From positions 1 to 28,675 of IMG/VR virus record IMGVR_UViG_3300036815_000223: a stretch of DNA of 28,675 nt. One strand, given 5' to 3'. Of this stretch, positions 24,286 to 28,675 are shown one piece after another. The notes beneath the pieces were generated by a model. That model ran no database searches. It was given only the letters and a program-made list of their open reading frames with translations, and was not told the DNA's origin. Every line of letters starts with the position of its first letter. Within the stretch, counting starts at the first letter, position 1. The translations under genes were made by a program, and so were the position numbers. This DNA is from a virus. Its lineage: Duplodnaviria; Caudoviricetes.

Positions 24286-24516
24286 TTACTCTCCTCTAAC
24301 GCTTTCAGCTAAACGACCGGCCTTGAAGGCCGACTGCATCCTGGCAATTTGAACATAGGTGGTGTGATCATCCTCGGGGGTATTCGACCGATTCAACCGG
24401 GTAGCGAACCACTGGGCAAAATCTTGGTCATCAATCTCGGCGCCGAGCTCTCGAGCCTGGTCAATCACCTGCTGGGCCGTCCAGTCACGCCGAGGGTAAG
24501 TCAAAGCCTGTCCCAT
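24286..24516 (-). CDS. Hypothetical protein (76 aa)
   Basis: GGAGG upstream of ATG 24516; its stop abuts the next start. Confidence 0.65.
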   Translation of the reverse strand: MGQALTYPRRDWTAQQVIDQARELGAEIDDQDFAQWFATRLNRSNTPEDDHTTYVQIARMQSAFKAGRLAESVRGE

Positions 24517-25922
24517 ACGTCTAACCCTCCCTTGAACGCGAGCATCACGGCCTCCGCCTCATCCGGCGACGGCACGCCTCGCTTGACCATGTCTTCCTTG
24601 CTCTCAATCTTGACCTGCCCCCGGGCGGTATGCTCGTACCGGATCGTGGACAGCTGCTGGATCTGCTCGTCATCCAGGCCGCCGATGTCACCCTCACGGA
24701 CCCGGTCCGCCAATCCCCAGTACAGTTCGGCCTTCAGGTTGACATACTTTTCGGTGTCGCTCGAGGTCTCACCCACGTTGACCGCGGTGCACGGCCAACC
24801 AAGCTCGTTCAGGTGGCAGTACATGTACCAGCCAATGCCGGCCGTGTCCACGTTGAGGTTCGAGATTCGTTCCTTGCCGAACCCATTGAGCTCCGAGGCC
24901 ACCGCGCCGCGGGCATCCTGCTCGTGGAAGGCCCTCTTATGAACGATGTTCGGGCCGTCCCGCAGGACCAGGACCGTATCGGCCTCACCGGGGCCGGCCA
25001 CGTCCAGGCCTCCCACCAGGCCGGAGGTGCTGACGTGTTCCTTAACCACGCGGCCAGCCTCCAACCGGGCGATGCTGAACAGGCTGTCCTCGGACTGCTC
25101 CGGAAAGTTGCCCATCACACGGCTGACGTAGAACAGGCCGTGCTCCCCGTACTTCTTGTACTGGTCCAGGACCCACTTACGGCTGATGAGGTAGGAGACG
25201 GGGTTCCGGCCAAGCTCGTCGGGGTCGTCCCTTTCCATGCGGAGGAGATCCTCAATCGTAAGACCCATCAGGTTCGGGGTGTCGAAGGCTGAGATGGTAA
25301 AGGTGTTCCACATCGACCGGTGCCGGCCAAAGGTATCGGCGAAGGGACCGGACGGGATGGTGGGGTTCCCGATCTCCAGGATGTGGGCGTTTCCCGACGA
25401 TAGGGCGGCTTCCATCGACTCGTGGAGCTTCGGGTCCACGCCGGGCGCCTCATCGATGATGATCAGCACGTTCTCGGCATGGATGCCCTGGGACTTGACG
25501 CCCTCATCCTGCTTTTCCACCGAGGTGCTCATGCCGTACATGTACCGCTTCGGGCCGAGGCGGAGCTCGGTCTGTAAGGGCTTGGGGAAGGGGTAGCAGC
25601 TCTGACGGATCAGCTTATGAGCCTCACCCCATAGCAGCTTTTCCACCTGGGGCCAGGTAGGCGCCGTGGTTACCACCACCGCCTCCTTGAACCGCGTCAC
25701 GAAGGCCAGGCCGATTGCGGCGGCCACGTACGTCTTGCCGGACGCGTGGCAGGCCTTGACCGAGGTCCGCACGTTCTTGAACACCGAATCCACGATGTCC
25801 TGCTGCTTTTTCCATAGGTTGGCACGGAGGTAACCCTGGATGAACCGGTTGGGTGTTGCCTGCCAATACCGCATCTTGTGATCGATGCGGGCTTGCTCCG
25901 GATCAACCGATAAGGTCGCCAT
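24501..25922 (-). CDS. terL: Terminase large subunit
   Basis: Walker A-like ACHASGKT, Walker B IIIDEA, IGNP coupling motif, nuclease GLDVA..G...T and SPD.A.A. Start reassigned to ATG 25922. Confidence 0.93.
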   Translation of the reverse strand: MATLSVDPEQARIDHKMRYWQATPNRFIQGYLRANLWKKQQDIVDSVFKNVRTSVKACHASGKTYVAAAIGLAFVTRFKEAVVVTTAPTWPQVEKLLWGEAHKLIRQSCYPFPKPLQTELRLGPKRYMYGMSTSVEKQDEGVKSQGIHAENVLIIIDEAPGVDPKLHESMEAALSSGNAHILEIGNPTIPSGPFADTFGRHRSMWNTFTISAFDTPNLMGLTIEDLLRMERDDPDELGRNPVSYLISRKWVLDQYKKYGEHGLFYVSRVMGNFPEQSEDSLFSIARLEAGRVVKEHVSTSGLVGGLDVAGPGEADTVLVLRDGPNIVHKRAFHEQDARGAVASELNGFGKERISNLNVDTAGIGWYMYCHLNELGWPCTAVNVGETSSDTEKYVNLKAELYWGLADRVREGDIGGLDDEQIQQLSTIRYEHTARGQVKIESKEDMVKRGVPSPDEAEAVMLAFKGGLDVWDRL

Positions 25923-26346
25923 CGGGCACCCCCGGCAACGCCTGATCCAAGGTTTCGATGCTAAGGCCGCCAGATACCTGAACCTTCTGCAGGGGCTTGC
26001 CAAGGGATCGCTCCATCAGGAGCTGCGCGGCCCGGTCGTTGCCGTATGCGGCTTTCTGGATGAGGGCCTGAACGATCCGCCGTGACTCCAGGGCGTCGTT
26101 CGCCTCCAGGCAGTGGGTGATGACCTCATCAATGTTCCAGCGTTTCTGACCGACAGGCAAGTTCGGTATGTTCGGAAGACGGCCCTCTGCCTTAGCCGCC
26201 TGCTTTTCTTTGAAGTTATCGCGACGCTGCTGCCTGGCCTTCGCCATGTTCTGGCGACGCTTGGCAGTAACCTCAGGGGTCGGGCCTGGTTTTCCCAAGG
26301 TGTTGCTCTCCAGATTCTCTGATTTTCCGGCAGATACGAGAGTCAT
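25903..26346 (-). CDS. Probable terminase small subunit
   Basis: Directly upstream of and overlapping terL; basic N-terminus; L..KA..G...AA.LL.ER..GKP.Q motif. Confidence 0.6.
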   Translation of the reverse strand: MTLVSAGKSENLESNTLGKPGPTPEVTAKRRQNMAKARQQRRDNFKEKQAAKAEGRLPNIPNLPVGQKRWNIDEVITHCLEANDALESRRIVQALIQKAAYGNDRAAQLLMERSLGKPLQKVQVSGGLSIETLDQALPGVPDGDLIG

Positions 26347-26439
26347 CCTACCGCGAGCGGCGCCGCCCAGGCCAATGCAATTCGGCCTCCGTTTTCCAGC
26401 ACGTGCCTATACCTCGCGCGCGTATATACGCACACAGGA

Positions 26440-26492
26440 CTCATTGTTAACTTGTGCACTATGACTACGACTTAGCACAAGTTAACAATGAG
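26440..26492. repeat. Perfect 18-bp inverted repeat with 17-nt spacer in the divergent intergenic region
   Basis: CTCATTGTTAACTTGTGC (26440-26457) and GCACAAGTTAACAATGAG (26475-26492). Confidence 0.95.
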
Positions 26493-26615
26493 GCCCCGCG
26501 CGCGGTATACGCGGACGCGCCCGCGCACGATCCATATATGCAAAAGGCGATTTTTACCTAAACTAACCCCAGACCGCTCCTTGGCCAGGTAGTCAATGTG
26601 ACTTAAAAATTGTAT

Positions 26616-26644
26616 TTTACAACCCGAGTTAGTTGGCTTACTAT
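26616..26644 (+). promoter_or_regulatory. Sigma70-like promoter
   Basis: TTTACA-N17-TACTAT with an AT-rich upstream tract; ATG 7 nt after the -10 box. Confidence 0.7.
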
Positions 26645-26651
26645 AGCTAGT

Positions 26652-26867
26652 ATGTGGACCCAGGAAATACCCACCGAACCGGGATTCTATTGGTTCCGCG
26701 ACACCGGTCCTTTTTGTCGGGGCGAGGTTACCATCGCTTGGTTTGATGACGGTGAGTGGGCCGTTCCCGGCAACGACGTCACCTGGAGCTCACACGAGTT
26801 AGCCATAACCACCTCCTGTTGGTTCTGGCTACCGCGGCTAGTTAAACCTCAACCCGAAAGGATATGA
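26652..26867 (+). CDS. Small Trp-rich phage protein (71 aa), probably leaderless
   Basis: MWTQEIPTEPGFYWFR start motif; no SD; ATG at the predicted transcription start. Confidence 0.7.
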   Translation: MWTQEIPTEPGFYWFRDTGPFCRGEVTIAWFDDGEWAVPGNDVTWSSHELAITTSCWFWLPRLVKPQPERI

Positions 26868-26871
26868 ACCC

Positions 26872-27324
26872 ATGAAAAGGATCTCAATCATTTTGCTGCT
26901 GCTGTTGGCAGCACTACCGACACGCGCTCAAACCACACCCGCGGCAAGCACGTTTCACACGTTCACCGCCAACTTCACCCCCGTAACCACCCTGCCTCCG
27001 TGTTCGGCGACGGTTACAAAATCCTGCATTTGGGGCATCACCAACACCATCACCTCTCCCCTCTCACCAACGGATCAAAGCATAATTCCCTCCTGCTCGG
27101 CAACGGTGACCACGGGCTGCCTCGGACCCACGGCCACTACCTCCGCGTACACGCCGGGTGGCCTGCTTTACTGCGGGACCTGGACGGCTTCGCTGGTGAC
27201 CAACTATCTCGATGGGAATGGAAGCGCGGCGGTCTCTTCGCCCGCCACGGTGCTGACCGCGGTGGCTGCCTGCCCTTTTGCCCCGCCCGCAAGTCCCGCA
27301 AAGGGCGCTGCTAGCTTCCAATAA
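26872..27324 (+). CDS. Secreted Cys-rich protein, possibly Fn3/Ig-like
   Basis: MKRISIILLLLLAALPTRA-Q signal; two P.CSATVT..C repeats; 6 Cys; AAGGA RBS. Confidence 0.8.
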   Translation: MKRISIILLLLLAALPTRAQTTPAASTFHTFTANFTPVTTLPPCSATVTKSCIWGITNTITSPLSPTDQSIIPSCSATVTTGCLGPTATTSAYTPGGLLYCGTWTASLVTNYLDGNGSAAVSSPATVLTAVAACPFAPPASPAKGAASFQ

Positions 27325-27331
27325 GAAATCC

Positions 27332-27361
27332 CGAGGACCTCCCTCGCATGGGAGGTCCTCG
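27332..27361. repeat. Perfect 12-bp hairpin just after the secreted-protein gene
   Basis: CGAGGACCTCCC-tcgcat-GGGAGGTCCTCG; no U-tract on the plus strand. Confidence 0.85.
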
Positions 27362-27387
27362 TCAACCCATAAGTAGGAGATCTTATA

Positions 27388-27705
27388 ATGGGAGCCCTCG
27401 ACGCCAACCGCCTGAAGTTTACCTGGCCCCTAGCCCTAACCATCATCATCCTGGTGGTGGGGCTTTTCCTCCAGCAGCTCCAGCTGGTGGCCCAGCACGA
27501 CCGCCTTGACAAGGCCACGTCTGAGATCAACGCCCTGACCGAACAGGTAAACATCCTCGCCGATAGCCGGGACCAGCAGGGGGCCATCATCGATTCGCTG
27601 CAGGCCGATGTCATAGCCGACCATCAGGATCTCGAGGAGATGGATAAAATTGCCGGCAGAGTGATAATGATCTTAAAGTCCTGGAGAAGTAAGGAGAAGA
27701 AATGA
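27388..27705 (+). CDS. Membrane-anchored coiled-coil protein
   Basis: AGGAG RBS; one N-terminal hydrophobic helix, then a heptad-like region. Confidence 0.7.
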   Translation: MGALDANRLKFTWPLALTIIILVVGLFLQQLQLVAQHDRLDKATSEINALTEQVNILADSRDQQGAIIDSLQADVIADHQDLEEMDKIAGRVIMILKSWRSKEKK

Positions 27706-27995
27706 CCGCCAACGAGATCAGAGAGTGGAATAACTCGCTAGTAGAGCTTCAACGCGCGGGCGCGCTTAAGCCACACGAGGTGATTCGCGCGCTTGCGCGC
27801 GTCGAGATCGCCGCTCAGCTCGCCGAGCTGAACGAGAAGATCACCCCCCTCATGGATCGCCACCTCGACCACCTTCGCACCAACGTGGTGCTTGAAACCG
27901 CCCTCAACCTCCTGCGCACCCGCGGCGCCGACGACACCGTGAACCAGGTCATGGATGAGGCCGAGCGGATCGTCACGGCGAAAGGTTACAGGTAG
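27702..27995 (+). CDS. Hypothetical helical protein
   Basis: ATGA overlap with the upstream gene; AAGGAG RBS. Confidence 0.7.
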   Translation: MTANEIREWNNSLVELQRAGALKPHEVIRALARVEIAAQLAELNEKITPLMDRHLDHLRTNVVLETALNLLRTRGADDTVNQVMDEAERIVTAKGYR

Positions 27996-27997
27996 CC

Positions 27998-28291
27998 ATG
28001 ACCAGGTGGAAGGTACTTAAGCTAACGGTAGCCGCCTGCTCAATCCCGGCCGGGATCATCGTGGGGCTATGCCTCCTCGGCTCCTGGGCCGTTTACCAAG
28101 GCTACCAGGATCATGTCATTCACGCCCAGGTGACTACGTCGCTGGTTAACAAGGTATGGTCCTACGAGTTTGCCCGAGACGGCTACAACGAGCTGTGGTA
28201 CATCGAGGACCTGGAAACCGGAACCCGGTGCTATGCGGTAGTTACCCCGGGAAGCCAGGGAGGGAGCGCCATCTCATGCGTGAAAAAGTAA
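27998..28291 (+). CDS. Small membrane-anchored protein
   Basis: N-terminal hydrophobic helix; C-terminal D.ETG.RCY.......GG.AISCV with a Cys pair. Confidence 0.7.
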   Translation: MTRWKVLKLTVAACSIPAGIIVGLCLLGSWAVYQGYQDHVIHAQVTTSLVNKVWSYEFARDGYNELWYIEDLETGTRCYAVVTPGSQGGSAISCVKK

Positions 28292-28675
28292 GCCATAAAC
28301 CCAAGGACCTCTCCCCCAACTCCCGGCCTCCCTGGGCCAAGGGCCTGGAGCCGGTGCCGGTGAGCTTCGTGAATCCCCTGTTCGGGGACGAGGAAGAGGG
28401 GCGGCATGACGTGCGCCAGGTGGCGCATTTGTCATCATCCCAGGTTGCTGGGATGATGACAAACCGGGCTGCGCCCGACCAGGCCGAGGGTCCTGAGCCT
28501 CTCCGCGCCGCCCAGGTCCTCAACGCCCTGCTCCGTGACCCCCGGGAGGGGTTCTGGGTGCTGTGGCCCGCCGGCCCCGGCCCGGACTTCCGGCGGGCCT
28601 CGATCGGGCGCCTGGCCCGGCACCATGGGGTCAGGCTAGAGTACAAGGATGCCGGGAATAAGGACTTCCTCGTCA
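28276..28675 (+). CDS. Hypothetical protein (partial, runs off the right edge; not in the ORF track)
   Basis: ATG 28276 with GGGAG upstream; open to the end of the window: MREKVSHKPKDLSPNSRPPWAKGLEPV...AAQVLNALLRDPREGFWVLWP...RLEYKDAGNKDFLV. Confidence 0.65.
   Translation, partial: MREKVSHKPKDLSPNSRPPWAKGLEPVPVSFVNPLFGDEEEGRHDVRQVAHLSSSQVAGMMTNRAAPDQAEGPEPLRAAQVLNALLRDPREGFWVLWPAGPGPDFRRASIGRLARHHGVRLEYKDAGNKDFLV
28428..28463. repeat. Perfect 16-bp inverted repeat with 4-nt loop inside an ORF
   Basis: TTTGTCATCATCCCAG-gttg-CTGGGATGATGACAAA. Confidence 0.95.

Noticed and set aside
26560-26600. Minus-strand TTGACT as the -35 box of a terminase operon promoter
   Set aside because: No plausible -10 box at 16-18 nt spacing.
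27388-28291. Spanin or holin cassette
   Set aside because: The TM plus coiled-coil protein is only architecturally similar to an i-spanin; I found no overlapping lipoprotein or adjacent endolysin.
28242-28646. Minus-strand ORFs at the right end
   Set aside because: They are antisense to a plus-strand ORF from 28276 that has an RBS and continues the operon.
1-28675. CRISPR array, DGR, tRNA, integrase or att site, intein in terL
   Set aside because: No spaced repeats, reverse transcriptase, cloverleaf or recombinase seen by eye; terL has normal length and no splicing motifs.

Overview
This window holds the near-complete virion morphogenesis region of a GC-rich, contractile-tailed (myovirus-type) phage or prophage. 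From about 26350 leftward, the minus strand reads: terS-like gene, terL, an inserted two-gene cassette, a portal fused to a pyrophosphatase-like domain, LuxR-HTH / MuF / LuxR-HTH, accessory head genes, prohead protease-scaffold, cement protein, major capsid, neck genes with a GIY-YIG endonuclease, sheath, tube, frameshifted chaperone, tape measure with a lysozyme domain, baseplate and fibre genes. From about 26650 a divergent plus-strand cluster of small genes starts. Family names (DUF1073, DUF2213, DUF2184, DUF4054, DUF3383, DUF3277, DUF2612, Gp138) come from my recognition of motifs and gene order, not from a search. Three signals stand out. (1) Five proteins carry Sec-type signal peptides, including fibre- and tailspike-like ones; three are Cys-rich, suggesting exported virion appendages. 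(2) A candidate capsid-cargo code: the scaffold's C-terminal helix and its HVHVH motif recur in three small modular proteins, and T-x-D-[AS] sites punctuate the head proteins. (3) A pyrophosphatase-like domain hangs off the portal behind such a site. Long hairpins also overlap the stop codons of major structural genes. No tRNA, rRNA, CRISPR array, integrase or clear lysis cassette was seen.
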